Shown: positions 30,650-40,456 of the stretch, in pieces | How positions within the stretch are numbered: position 1 is the stretch's first letter | Layout: every line of letters begins with the position of its first letter | Source: Bacteroidetes bacterium UBA6161 | GTDB taxonomy: Bacteria; Bacteroidota; Bacteroidia; NS11-12g; UBA955 | NCBI GenBank assembly: GCA_002422315.1 | Contig: DIUJ01000068.1 | Coordinates: 30,882 to 94,881, forward strand | DNA: 64,000 bases | Direction: 5' to 3' | Position numbers and translations under genes: made by a program | Notes under the pieces: model-generated | The model's database searches: none | The model's input: the letters and a program-made list of their open reading frames with translations, nothing else | What the model was told of the DNA's origin: nothing

Positions 30650-31317
30650 AACGTAATAGAAATTCCAAAATAAGAGTATGGATTGTTGATGACCACTTGC
30701 TATTTACAGAAAGTTTAAAGTCTGTAATAGAATCGAATTGCGAATATATTAAAGTTGAACAAAAAGCTTCTAATGGAAAAGAGTTATTAGAATTACTAGA
30801 AAGAAAAAAACATCCTAATTGCATTTTGTTAGATATTCAAATGCCTATTATGGGAGGATTGAAATTTTTAGAGTATTATAAACACAATTACCCAAATCTT
30901 AATATCCTTATTTTATCGATGCATTGCGATAAACTTAGTATTAGTAGGGCATTAATTTACAAAGCAAAGGGGTTTGTTTCAAAGAATATTTCACAATCGG
31001 AATTGATAGAAGCAATTAAAACAGTAGCACTTGGAGAAAAGTATATTCAGAATGATTATAAAGATTTATTCAACGAAATCCTAACAGAAAGAGAAGAAAT
31101 AAATGGAAAAGTACTAAAGTTTACTGCAAAAGAAAGTGAATTTATTCGACTTTGTCTAGGGGACTGTTCTTATACAGAAATAGCCGACATTATGAATGTT
31201 ACTTACAAAACTATTGATACACATAGGTATAATATTTTCAAAAAGCTAGGAGTAAAAAGTCGGAATGCTATGTTAATTCATTTGAGAGAAAGAGGTTGGC
31301 TTGAAGGTAATGAATAA
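30646..31317 (+). CDS. response regulator, NarL/FixJ family (REC + LuxR-type HTH)
   Basis: REC 'VWIVDDHLLF...LLDIQMP'. C-terminal LuxR HTH 'SYTEIADIMNVTYKTIDTHRYNIFKKLGV'. Overlaps the kinase stop (ATGA). Confidence 0.85.
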   Translation: MKRNRNSKIRVWIVDDHLLFTESLKSVIESNCEYIKVEQKASNGKELLELLERKKHPNCILLDIQMPIMGGLKFLEYYKHNYPNLNILILSMHCDKLSISRALIYKAKGFVSKNISQSELIEAIKTVALGEKYIQNDYKDLFNEILTEREEINGKVLKFTAKESEFIRLCLGDCSYTEIADIMNVTYKTIDTHRYNIFKKLGVKSRNAMLIHLRERGWLEGNE

Positions 31318-31328
31318 AAATACATTTT

Positions 31329-32219
31329 TCAAATATATATAGAATTCTTCGCTCTCTTCAAATACTTTATAAACTTATCCGAGCCTAAGACTTCTATTTC
31401 ATTCAAGAAGCCCATTACAAATCTTCCGGGGCCTTTGAAGCTATGCACAGGGGCTTTGAAAAGGTATTGGTTGGTATTGGGAATAGGCTTTATGTAGGGT
31501 AGGCTCATGGGGTATTCCTCTTTGAGTAAAAGGCTAGCCCTTAGGCTCATGTTCCATTCTATTTCTTGTGCTTCATTTTTGCCCTGGAAACCAAAAATAT
31601 CTGGTTTATAGTATTTGTGTTCAGGCTCAAAGGCAAAGTCTGAATTTAAAACTTGCACTTCCGAGATTCGTTCAATACTAAAAAGCTTGTTGCTAGCAGA
31701 AGCAATCTCGTATGCAGAAACTGTACTGTAGTTTTCGGTAAAGCACATGGGTTCCACCAAGCGGTCGGCAATGGTTTGGCTGCTTGCAGAATAATATCCT
31801 TTTAGCAAGACTTGCTTTTTTTCCTGTATTGCCAAAGATAGGCTTTCAACTATTTTAGCTAAGTGAGCATTGTAAACAGTTTGGACACCAAGTTCTACTT
31901 CGGAAGAAGATCTGATTTTGTGGTAGATACTATCCGTCAAAGGACTTGATTTACCTACTGTATGCAATAGCATGGTCAAATATTCTGTTTCCTGGGTCGT
32001 AAAAACAGGTTTGTTGTCATTCTCACCTGGAATGAAATATTTGCCATGCATATCTTTTTCTATTTTAATTCCCATTTCTTGTAGCAGGTCCATGTATCTG
32101 TAAACAGACCTTCCCGTGATACCAAGTAAAATAGCCAAGTTTTGATTGGATTTATGGGGCTCCGATTTCAGATGGTTTATGAGCTGAAAAAGGCGATAAA
32201 TTCGGTTTTGATTAAACAT
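31329..32219 (-). CDS. HTH + WYL-domain transcriptional regulator (YafY-like)
   Basis: N-terminal 'NRIYRLFQLINHLKSEPHKSNQNLAILLGITGRSVYRYMDLLQEMGIKI' is a YafY-type wHTH. The C-terminal two-thirds has WYL-like length and architecture. Start taken at the internal Met (MFNQ...). Confidence 0.55.
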   Translation of the reverse strand: MFNQNRIYRLFQLINHLKSEPHKSNQNLAILLGITGRSVYRYMDLLQEMGIKIEKDMHGKYFIPGENDNKPVFTTQETEYLTMLLHTVGKSSPLTDSIYHKIRSSSEVELGVQTVYNAHLAKIVESLSLAIQEKKQVLLKGYYSASSQTIADRLVEPMCFTENYSTVSAYEIASASNKLFSIERISEVQVLNSDFAFEPEHKYYKPDIFGFQGKNEAQEIEWNMSLRASLLLKEEYPMSLPYIKPIPNTNQYLFKAPVHSFKGPGRFVMGFLNEIEVLGSDKFIKYLKRAKNSIYI

Positions 32220-32394
32220 GTGGAAAAGTTTTGCGACAAATAAAGTCAAAATGAAGCAAATAGCCAAGTGTTTAACTCTATTTATCTCGAAATTAATGAT
32301 ATGGGTAATTGTTTTTTATTTATGTTTGAAGAAAGGAAATTTATTAATCATAAATGCCTATTTATAAGTTATAACATCTTAAAATTAAAACTCA

Positions 32395-32901
32395 ATGTAC
32401 CCAGTTAAATTAGGCTTCGAAGGCGCGAAAGAACGAATCAATAAATTATTAGAAAATAATCATTACGCTGAAAGTTTGGTAACTTCTGTTTTTACAGCGG
32501 AGAAAACAGTCCGAAGAACACTGCGCCAGCTAATTGTATCATCCGGTTTCAAGAGTACAATAGCAAACAAAATAATATCAAGGCTTTCAGGGATTTATCA
32601 ACTTGTTGAAGCATGGGAAATTTATGATCCTCAACATAGGAAATTAACGAAAATTGTAAAATCAAACGATATTGAGATTATAAAATTAGCCGCTCAAAAA
32701 AGAAACAAACTAATTCATGGAGAGCAAGTTTTTAAACTTGAGTTATGTAAAGAAGAGACATTAAAAGTTATTAGAGCTCTTGATAATATTAAGAATTGCT
32801 TTGACGAAGAATATGGATATAGTGGTTGGACAAATATATCTACCAGAAAAATAAGTATGCTTCATAAAGATCCAAAGATTAAGGAAACAATAAAAATATG
32901 A
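32395..32901 (+). CDS. hypothetical small protein with HEPN-like Rx4-6H motif
   Basis: 168 aa, predicted all-alpha, with 'AAQKRNKLIHGEQ' (R-x4-H). Divergent from the WYL regulator. Confidence 0.3.
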   Translation: MYPVKLGFEGAKERINKLLENNHYAESLVTSVFTAEKTVRRTLRQLIVSSGFKSTIANKIISRLSGIYQLVEAWEIYDPQHRKLTKIVKSNDIEIIKLAAQKRNKLIHGEQVFKLELCKEETLKVIRALDNIKNCFDEEYGYSGWTNISTRKISMLHKDPKIKETIKI

Positions 32902-33086
32902 ATAAATGATTTTGGAGATTTATAAAACGAAAAAGCAATTAGTTAAACTGAGATAAAACCCAAAATTATGCTTACTTACAGAATTGAGTATAGAAATGGT
33001 GAAATTTAAGAGTTAATACGTTAATCGTATACTTTGCAAAAAACTCTTTTTTTGTATCGCTAAAAACCATCCAACTTCTAATTTTC

Positions 33087-34592
33087 TCACTCCATTTTCA
33101 AACTCCCACCGCCATTGAATCTCCCACTAGCTGTGGCCATTTTATTTTCTACGGTAATGATTACATCTACTTCGTGAGCCAGTTCATTTCCTCCACGGAA
33201 TTTACCGTCTTTGGTGGAGTGAAACACAAATACAAAACCGATGCGAGGGTATTTGTTTTTAAGTTTCACCATATCAGACAACTCCATACCGGCCCTGCTT
33301 ACACTGTCTATAAACACAAAATCATAGGCACTTAAATTGCTGGGTAATTTTTCCGCAAAATAAAGCTCTGGGTGGGTAGCATTTACCCTTTGTATTTTAT
33401 CTTTAAGCGTATAGCCATACCCCTCCTCAATAGCAGCGTATAAAACAGGTCCGTGCTTGCTTGCCAGTTCGTTTGCAAACTCCAACATGAGGGTGCTTTT
33501 GCCGCTTTTGGGTTGGCCAAATACCATGGCAGTAAACCCTACACTTGGATCGCCAATAAGTTCTCGGAACTTGCCTTTTAAGCCTATGGTTTCAAAATCC
33601 ATACGCATAAGTTCTTGGCTGCTCATCGTATCCTTACTTTTTTGGGGTCCTGGGCTTTCTTTTTTTTTTGAAGAACTACTGTAGGTGTGTGCACCCAACA
33701 GACCTTTGATTCCGTTTAATTCTCCTTGGCTAATAGCCGGAGTCGCTTTTTTCTCTCTAAGATAAACAGCCAAAGACTTAAAGGCAGCATTTAAACGGTC
33801 GGAATACGGGTCTGATTTGCTTATTTTACCAGACTTTACCATGCGTTCCATTGCATTTTTTAAGCGCAGGGCTTTGTCTTCCACACCCGGTTTGCCATGT
33901 ATAGAAAGGTAACGTTTAAGCAAAGCAATAGACTCGCGAATTCTTTCGGAAGAAGCTATTTCCTGGTAATGTTTTAAGTTCTTAGAATCAATCTTAAACT
34001 CAGCTGTATCTTCCATTTTATCCAGGGCACTAATAAGTTGATTTTGGATTTGTAAAATTTCTTTAGCGTAAGGAGATGTTTTTCGGATACGCTTTTCTAG
34101 CATGGCTTTCTGAAGAGAAGACAACAAACTTAGTACACTTTTTTTCGTTCTTACCTTTCCGTCCATAGCAGCATATCGTTTGATAAAAGTAATTTCAATT
34201 GGTATCATTTCAACCCTTTTAGAAGTATCTTCTGCCTTTTCTTTTTTGGGTTTAGCCACTCTTTTGGAAGCTACGTTTTTTTTTACAGCAGGCTTTGGAT
34301 CGCTTGTGCTTTTCGCCTTACTTACTTTTGCTTTGCTTGGAGCTTTGCGAGGCGTTTTGGCATTTGTATTGGGTTGGCTATCCGTCTTTGGTGGATTAGA
34401 CTTTAAGTAGGCATTTAGTTTTTCAATGTAGTTGTCAACAACTCTTTGAATGGTGTCGTTGCTATTATATGCTTGCTTGTTGTTGCTTAGGGCTTTCCTG
34501 GCCAAATCGTCTCCTTTTTTAAGCGCTTCTGGCAAAGAGGAGAAAGATATATTTTGTGTTTTTTCGGTATAGTTGTTTATGGTAATCATCAT
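33087..34592 (-). CDS. P-loop ATPase (RecA/DnaB-fold C-terminal domain) with Lys-rich disordered N-terminal half
   Basis: Walker A 'GQPKSGKSTLMLEF' and Walker B 'DFVFIDSVS'. N-terminal '...KAPSKAKVSKAKSTSDPKPAVKK...'. Confidence 0.5.
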   Translation of the reverse strand: MMITINNYTEKTQNISFSSLPEALKKGDDLARKALSNNKQAYNSNDTIQRVVDNYIEKLNAYLKSNPPKTDSQPNTNAKTPRKAPSKAKVSKAKSTSDPKPAVKKNVASKRVAKPKKEKAEDTSKRVEMIPIEITFIKRYAAMDGKVRTKKSVLSLLSSLQKAMLEKRIRKTSPYAKEILQIQNQLISALDKMEDTAEFKIDSKNLKHYQEIASSERIRESIALLKRYLSIHGKPGVEDKALRLKNAMERMVKSGKISKSDPYSDRLNAAFKSLAVYLREKKATPAISQGELNGIKGLLGAHTYSSSSKKKESPGPQKSKDTMSSQELMRMDFETIGLKGKFRELIGDPSVGFTAMVFGQPKSGKSTLMLEFANELASKHGPVLYAAIEEGYGYTLKDKIQRVNATHPELYFAEKLPSNLSAYDFVFIDSVSRAGMELSDMVKLKNKYPRIGFVFVFHSTKDGKFRGGNELAHEVDVIITVENKMATASGRFNGGGSLKME

Positions 34593-34601
34593 TGTAAAAA
34601 A

Positions 34602-37600
34602 TTAAAAGTCTAATAATTCTAGTTCTAGTTCTAAAGCTTCTGCTTCAAGAGTAAGTAAATCAAAGTCTGCCTCCTGCTCCTCGGATTCAAAATCTTCGGT
34701 ATCATCCACAGGGTCGCTTGGGGGGAGCTCCACTTTAAAGTCCAACAAATAGTTAAGTTTGGCAAATTCCTCTGCGCGTTGTTCCGCGCTTCTACCTTCC
34801 ACCTGAAGGGCTGATTTCTTTTTTTGGATTTCCTCACGTAGTTCTTCCCAGCGAGGAGAATTGTTGTCACCTTGGTAGCGTTCCCCTTGTTTTTTTAATG
34901 CCTCTAGTTCTTGGGTATAACTAGCAACAACTTGATCTAAATCAGAATCAATGGAAAAACCCTTGCTTTTGAGAACTGTTTTTTCTGTTTTTCTTACTTT
35001 AGAAACATATTCTTTGAGGTATTCTAAAATGTAGCGATTGGAGAAATACACCCCAAGAACCACATAGCTAGCATCTATCTTTCTGCCTAAAGCAATCAAA
35101 TCTTTATCCGATATTTCACTTGCCGCAAGAAGCGATTCGATTTCATTGTGAAGTTCTACTGCTTTTTTGTGGTTCTTTACCCTTTGCAGCTCTTCGGAAT
35201 CGGGTTCAATCATCCAATTGCTGTTTTTAAGCGATGCTAAAAAAGCACGTATGGCATCTATGGCTCTTTCTCTATAATTCTTATAGTAGCCTATATCGCG
35301 CTTAATTTCTTCAATAAGCCCAATAGCATAGCGAATGCGTTTGTATTGGCGGTTAAGTTCTTCTTTTTCCTGGTCAAAGAACATTCGTACCAACCTGTCA
35401 ATATCAGTAATTAATGCAAGTTTAATTTCTTGAGGGTCCAAGCTTTCTAAATCCAATACATTGCCCCTGTCGCCCCTAAACCAAATATCATTTATTCGAG
35501 AGGTTTTTTCTTCCAACTTTTGAAAGACAAACACATCCATACTATCTTGAATAAGTGGCATCACAACCCTCACATATTCAAATTGATTGCCTTGTCTCCA
35601 AATACGGCCTTCCAATTGACGAATATCCGTTGGGTTCCATTCTGGATAGCAGTTATAAATTACCGTTCCTCGTCTTTGAAGGTCTATGCCTTCGCGAATG
35701 GTAGCAGTTCCAATAATTACTTTTACCACTCCATCCAGGAAGGCTTCTTTTACGGTTTCTTTCCGGGTATCATTTATTTCAGAAGAAATAATTTCTACCT
35801 CATCCACCTTCGTTTTGGCGAAAAACACCCCTCGTTTAAAGCCTAGTTCCTCTTCTAAATATTGTTTAATTAAACTAAAAAACTGTTTGCCACGGTTCAT
35901 ATATATTACCTGCCCAGAAACATCTTCTCCTTGCTTTTGATGGTACTTTTTCACTGATTTTATACACTCCATTACATAGGCTATTTTAGGACTGTTTTCT
36001 ACAAACTCTTTATAGTTTTCAGGAGTGCCATTAAGTAAATAAGGAGACAGTGCATTGTCTAAACTATACGCTAATGCTCTAAATAAGTTCCCCATATCTA
36101 ATTTACCTTCAGTGGATTTTTTGGCCAGGCTTACAATGCGGTTTTGGTTTTCACGCTGCATGGGGGTCATATTGATATAGGTAAGTGCTTGTTTAGCCGT
36201 TGGCAGTCTTTGTTCTGGCTTGTTTTCAAGCAAATTATAAATCATGGGAAGGTTTATTTTTTTAGGTCTTTTCACACCTGCTTCTTCCCCTGTTTTATAA
36301 AGGATATGGTTATATATAAGTTTTTGAAGTACCCTTCGGTTGGTAAAGCTTTTGATAACCTCTTTTTCTACGATTTCTTCCTTATAATTTGCGGTCCATT
36401 CTACAGTAGGTAAAACAAACAAATCAAAGAAGGTGTCAATATTGTAAATACCGCTACCAATAAGGCTTTCGTATCCTACCAAAGAAAGCATAGAATAAAT
36501 TTCCAGGGGGGAATTAGAAAAGGGTGTAGCTGTGAGCAACATGGTATTACGGCCATACTTACGTTGAACATAGTTAAGCAAGAGAAAAGCTTTTTGTCCT
36601 GTTTCAGAAACAGCAGATTGGATATTGTAACGTTTTCCTTGGTCTTCATCGCTTTTAACAGTAGCAAATACATTTTTACACCTATGGGCCTCGTCTATCA
36701 CCACATAATCAAAGCCAAGTGCATCTACATCTGCTACGGTATTTTTTAAGCCAACACCAATCATTTCCCTAAACTTTTGGTATTTGATTTCTTTATCTCT
36801 TTGAGATTTTTCATTGCTTTGACCAAGAATATTTACCAGTTCAGTAAACAGCTCTTCTGAAACCTGTTTACCAAACCCCAGGCGTTTAAACCCTTCATAA
36901 GTTACCAAGGTGATACTCTTTTCAGGAACTGCCTTGTTGAGGTTTATTTTCTTAACGGTTTCTGTTCCTAAGTTATACCATTCATTGATACTTACATCGG
37001 TATAAGACAACACGCCAGGTACAAACTCTCCAGTTCTTTTGTCGGTATACCCAACGAGTTCACCCACCCATTTTTTATAGGTTGGTTTAGGAACCACAAT
37101 CAAAGGCCTACTACATTTGCCGGAATACATTGCATGGGCTAGGTTTGTTATAGCAGTCATAGTTTTACCCACGCCCACATCAAAGGCATTGATACCGGAA
37201 CCCATAGCTTCCATAAAAGCGATGCCCTCTCTTTGAATATCGGTAATTTGCAATACACCGCTTTTAAACCTTCGAGAGCACTCAAATCCTATAGGTACTT
37301 TGTGGTGTTTTATATCACTTTGGCCATTATACAATCTGTTCCAGGAATAATCCAATCGTTGTTGGTCCTGGAAGGTGAGTACCTCGTGCAAAAACTTAGA
37401 AAACAATTTTTCGCCTTCTTCTCTTGCATTGGCTTTAAGTTCGGCTTTTTCCTCCTTACTCAACCTATCATCGCGAAGGGGCCTATTTGCTATATAATAA
37501 TCTGCAATGTCTATGGCACTACTCTTGTTAAACTCCGTTTCCTGTAGCGTAAAAAGCCATTTCACATAGACCTCTTGTAAGGAAAACTTTCTTTCGCCAT

Positions 37601-38507
37601 CAAATCGAAGGTTGATACTGTCTTTGGAACTTTTACGTGAAATTTTACCATTCACTTTTTTAAACTCTTCTGCATTTTCTACATCCATATACTCCTCACG
37701 AACTAGCGTTATGAAAAAGGTATCTACACTTGCAGCAAAATCAGAAATAGCAGTAACAATGGGTCTTTCTTTTTCATCTGGATTGGTAACAGTCATTAGC
37801 AAAGGTTTTGCCTCTTGAATTTGTTTTGCATGTTGTTGGTACACTTCTGTACCCCAGGTATCTATAATGATACTTTTGTCTGATTCTAGCTGAAGCTCCC
37901 TGTCGTACATGTTGCCATAGGTAAATACAGGCAATGGTAGTAATTCCCCGCCATGATAATACAGTGCGCCTTCTTTCACAAGGCGATTAAGTTCCACCTG
38001 GTTGTTGGTACTCTCGCCAGGGATTAGTTTGCAATCCACAGTGTGCAAAAGAAACAAGCCCGCTCCGGCCCTTACTACATGGAATTTGGAACCTAAGTTT
38101 CCTTCTTGGTCTCTGATCCATTTGCCAATGACCTCGCCAGGATATGCCATTCTTATTTCCTGCATCCTGGTATCGTACAAGATAGTTTCCTTAACTACCT
38201 CCACATTTTTAGTTTTTTCTCCTGCTTTCAGGTAAAAATCCTCCCATCCCTTCATTGGTGTTCCCACACTACGCTTATACCAAACCCAAGCTTGTATTTC
38301 ACTCTTGGTGATGCCTTTATTGTAGCGTTCTACTACCTCTGCAAAAGGCATTACATTGTCAGACTTGGTATTTCCTAATCCAGAAAGTGTCGGCTTTTCG
38401 TCCAAGAGTTTTTTTAAATCCTCTTTTCTCCAGGCTAAACTAGCTGCCAAGTAAGGGTTTATTTTTCCGAGCGCTTGGGCGCTTTTAATTCCATTTAAAT
38501 AACTCAT
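34602..38507 (-). CDS. SNF2/DEAH-family helicase, 1301 aa, with acidic Leu/Glu-repeat C-terminus
   Basis: Motif I 'GVGKT', motif II 'DEAHRCKN', motif III 'LLTATP' and motif VI 'QLEGRIWRQG'. Tail '...EALELELELLDF'. Confidence 0.8.
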   Translation of the reverse strand: MSYLNGIKSAQALGKINPYLAASLAWRKEDLKKLLDEKPTLSGLGNTKSDNVMPFAEVVERYNKGITKSEIQAWVWYKRSVGTPMKGWEDFYLKAGEKTKNVEVVKETILYDTRMQEIRMAYPGEVIGKWIRDQEGNLGSKFHVVRAGAGLFLLHTVDCKLIPGESTNNQVELNRLVKEGALYYHGGELLPLPVFTYGNMYDRELQLESDKSIIIDTWGTEVYQQHAKQIQEAKPLLMTVTNPDEKERPIVTAISDFAASVDTFFITLVREEYMDVENAEEFKKVNGKISRKSSKDSINLRFDGERKFSLQEVYVKWLFTLQETEFNKSSAIDIADYYIANRPLRDDRLSKEEKAELKANAREEGEKLFSKFLHEVLTFQDQQRLDYSWNRLYNGQSDIKHHKVPIGFECSRRFKSGVLQITDIQREGIAFMEAMGSGINAFDVGVGKTMTAITNLAHAMYSGKCSRPLIVVPKPTYKKWVGELVGYTDKRTGEFVPGVLSYTDVSINEWYNLGTETVKKINLNKAVPEKSITLVTYEGFKRLGFGKQVSEELFTELVNILGQSNEKSQRDKEIKYQKFREMIGVGLKNTVADVDALGFDYVVIDEAHRCKNVFATVKSDEDQGKRYNIQSAVSETGQKAFLLLNYVQRKYGRNTMLLTATPFSNSPLEIYSMLSLVGYESLIGSGIYNIDTFFDLFVLPTVEWTANYKEEIVEKEVIKSFTNRRVLQKLIYNHILYKTGEEAGVKRPKKINLPMIYNLLENKPEQRLPTAKQALTYINMTPMQRENQNRIVSLAKKSTEGKLDMGNLFRALAYSLDNALSPYLLNGTPENYKEFVENSPKIAYVMECIKSVKKYHQKQGEDVSGQVIYMNRGKQFFSLIKQYLEEELGFKRGVFFAKTKVDEVEIISSEINDTRKETVKEAFLDGVVKVIIGTATIREGIDLQRRGTVIYNCYPEWNPTDIRQLEGRIWRQGNQFEYVRVVMPLIQDSMDVFVFQKLEEKTSRINDIWFRGDRGNVLDLESLDPQEIKLALITDIDRLVRMFFDQEKEELNRQYKRIRYAIGLIEEIKRDIGYYKNYRERAIDAIRAFLASLKNSNWMIEPDSEELQRVKNHKKAVELHNEIESLLAASEISDKDLIALGRKIDASYVVLGVYFSNRYILEYLKEYVSKVRKTEKTVLKSKGFSIDSDLDQVVASYTQELEALKKQGERYQGDNNSPRWEELREEIQKKKSALQVEGRSAEQRAEEFAKLNYLLDFKVELPPSDPVDDTEDFESEEQEADFDLLTLEAEALELELELLDF

Positions 38508-38953
38508 AATTCCAATAAATTTAATTCTGTTTCTAAAGCTAGTGCCTCTAGTTCATCTAGTCCTATGCTTGTTTTGCTACCCAAAGTAGTATCAATTGCT
38601 TTCTCTACATCTTTTCTATCCCCTTGTATGGTAACAGGAAAATCACGTGAGCTAGTGCCTACTTCTTTGCCGCATACCTTCCAAGGATAGAGTTGGAAAT
38701 ATGTATTAAAGGTCATCCATTCAGTAAAACTTAAAGATGCATTACTCAAGTCTTGTTCTTTTAAAATTCTTTTTTGTATTGCTTCCGCATCTGCATCTAC
38801 AGGAAAAACTCCATTTCTTAATTGAGAGATGTAGGTTTCCAATCTTTTTGCATCGTCCTTTTTAGCATCTTTCAAAAAAGAAGTTAAGCGGATTCGCAGG
38901 TCATGCAGCGCTTCAATTCGCGCGCGTAATTGTTGTGGATTTAAGCTTGCCAT
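38504..38953 (-). CDS. hypothetical protein with acidic Leu/Glu-repeat C-terminus
   Basis: 149 aa. Tail 'LDELEALALETELNLLEL' resembles the helicase tail. Overlaps neighbours (ATGA). Confidence 0.4.
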   Translation of the reverse strand: MASLNPQQLRARIEALHDLRIRLTSFLKDAKKDDAKRLETYISQLRNGVFPVDADAEAIQKRILKEQDLSNASLSFTEWMTFNTYFQLYPWKVCGKEVGTSSRDFPVTIQGDRKDVEKAIDTTLGSKTSIGLDELEALALETELNLLEL

Positions 38954-39699
38954 TCCATTTCAATTTGAGGGATAATTGCTTCCGGTATTCTGTTTTCACG
39001 AATTACCTTTTCCAAAATTCTTTCTTCCATTTTCAAAAACCCTTCTCTGCTATGTATCTGCTTGAATACATAAGGCGAATTGGCTTTAGTTACAGCTTTT
39101 AGTGCTTGTAATACACGCTGTCTCATTTTTATAACCAGGTCATTGTCTTCGTTTTCTAGCCCCGACAATGAAGCTTCTCCTTTGTCGGCAAATGAATAAT
39201 AGCCATCTGTGGTAACGATAATATGGTCTAAAATACTTATATCAAACATTGCAGCGGCATCTTTAAGTTTTTTAGTCATCCTTTTATCCGCATCACTAGG
39301 GTTTAGGTTTCCGCTAGGATGGTTGTGAGAGATAACCATTCCTTTGGCCAAGGTTTTAATGGCAACAGCCGTCACAAGCTGAATGTCAACCTGGGTAGAG
39401 TTGATTGTACCTTTAGAATGCTTGTAGTACCCTATAATTCTATTTCCTTGGTTCATGTACAATACCACAAAGTGTTCCTGGACTTCCAACCCTTCAAAGA
39501 TTACTTCTTTTACAAAGTCATAGGCATCTCTAGAGCTTTTAATTTGATTGAATTGAAGGCGTTCTTCCTTAAAAGTGATGTCAATTTCTCTTACATTAAA
39601 ATCGCGTTCTATCTCACTTAGATTGATTTCTAGGTCGGACATGTCTACGCTGTCCATGATTATTATTCCATTTTGTTGTGGTATTTTATAAGGTTTCAT
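38941..39699 (-). CDS. RadC-like JAB/MPN-domain protein
   Basis: 'HNHPSGNLNPSDADKRMTKKL' is the JAMM-type RadC/DUF2466 signature. N-terminal domain unknown. Confidence 0.65.
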   Translation of the reverse strand: MKPYKIPQQNGIIIMDSVDMSDLEINLSEIERDFNVREIDITFKEERLQFNQIKSSRDAYDFVKEVIFEGLEVQEHFVVLYMNQGNRIIGYYKHSKGTINSTQVDIQLVTAVAIKTLAKGMVISHNHPSGNLNPSDADKRMTKKLKDAAAMFDISILDHIIVTTDGYYSFADKGEASLSGLENEDNDLVIKMRQRVLQALKAVTKANSPYVFKQIHSREGFLKMEERILEKVIRENRIPEAIIPQIEMEWQA

Positions 39700-39700
39700 A

Positions 39701-40456
39701 TTACAGTTTTCTTAAAATAATTATATCCGTAGGCACTTGACTGAATTTAAAAACCGGAGGCAAGCGGTAAGCATCAACTAGCTCTGCAATTTGGCCAATG
39801 GTTTCTTTTTCTCCTTGATAAGTGATTCCACTGCGCATGATATTACTAGAAGTAAGATAAACCAATAAGCCACCTGGTTTGAGCATCTTTACTCCGTAGT
39901 ACATGAAAAAAAACTCCATTTGTTTCATTTGTGGGGTTCGGAAATAGCTTGAATATTGGTTTACATGTTTGCCGTAGGGAGGATTAGAAATTACCAATGA
40001 AAATGGGTAGTCTGAAAGCCAGGTTAAACCCTTTTTGTAGGGTTGGGTAAATCTATCGGGCTCCATAAAAGCGGTTTCGAAATATTGGTTGTACACCTTT
40101 GTTCCAGGGTATAAAATCTGCGCTATTCTAGCAGAGGTAGGGTTAATTTCAAATCCAGTAATTTCTTTCTTATTCGGTGCATCTTTAAACAATCTACCGG
40201 AAGCGCAAGCAGGTTCTAAAACAGGGCCTCCTTTGTAGCCATGGTATTTAGCCAATTCCCACATTTTAGCACAAAGCCAGTCTGGAGTGTAAAACTCATA
40301 TAAAACACCTTGCCCTTGTGCTCCTTTTGAACCATGACCTCCAGCGCCTTCATATTGGGCAATAAAGGTTTTATCCGCCAAAGAATAGGTCTCTTTTCGG
40401 GCATCCTTTTGTTTGATTAAGGCCTCAATCTTATGGTTCAGTTCAAGTTGATTCAA
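39701..40456 (-). CDS. N6-adenine DNA methyltransferase (gamma-class, NPPY)
   Basis: 'LEPACASGRLF' SAM motif followed by 'ISNPPYGKH'. Confidence 0.6.
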   Translation of the reverse strand: MNQLELNHKIEALIKQKDARKETYSLADKTFIAQYEGAGGHGSKGAQGQGVLYEFYTPDWLCAKMWELAKYHGYKGGPVLEPACASGRLFKDAPNKKEITGFEINPTSARIAQILYPGTKVYNQYFETAFMEPDRFTQPYKKGLTWLSDYPFSLVISNPPYGKHVNQYSSYFRTPQMKQMEFFFMYYGVKMLKPGGLLVYLTSSNIMRSGITYQGEKETIGQIAELVDAYRLPPVFKFSQVPTDIIILRKL

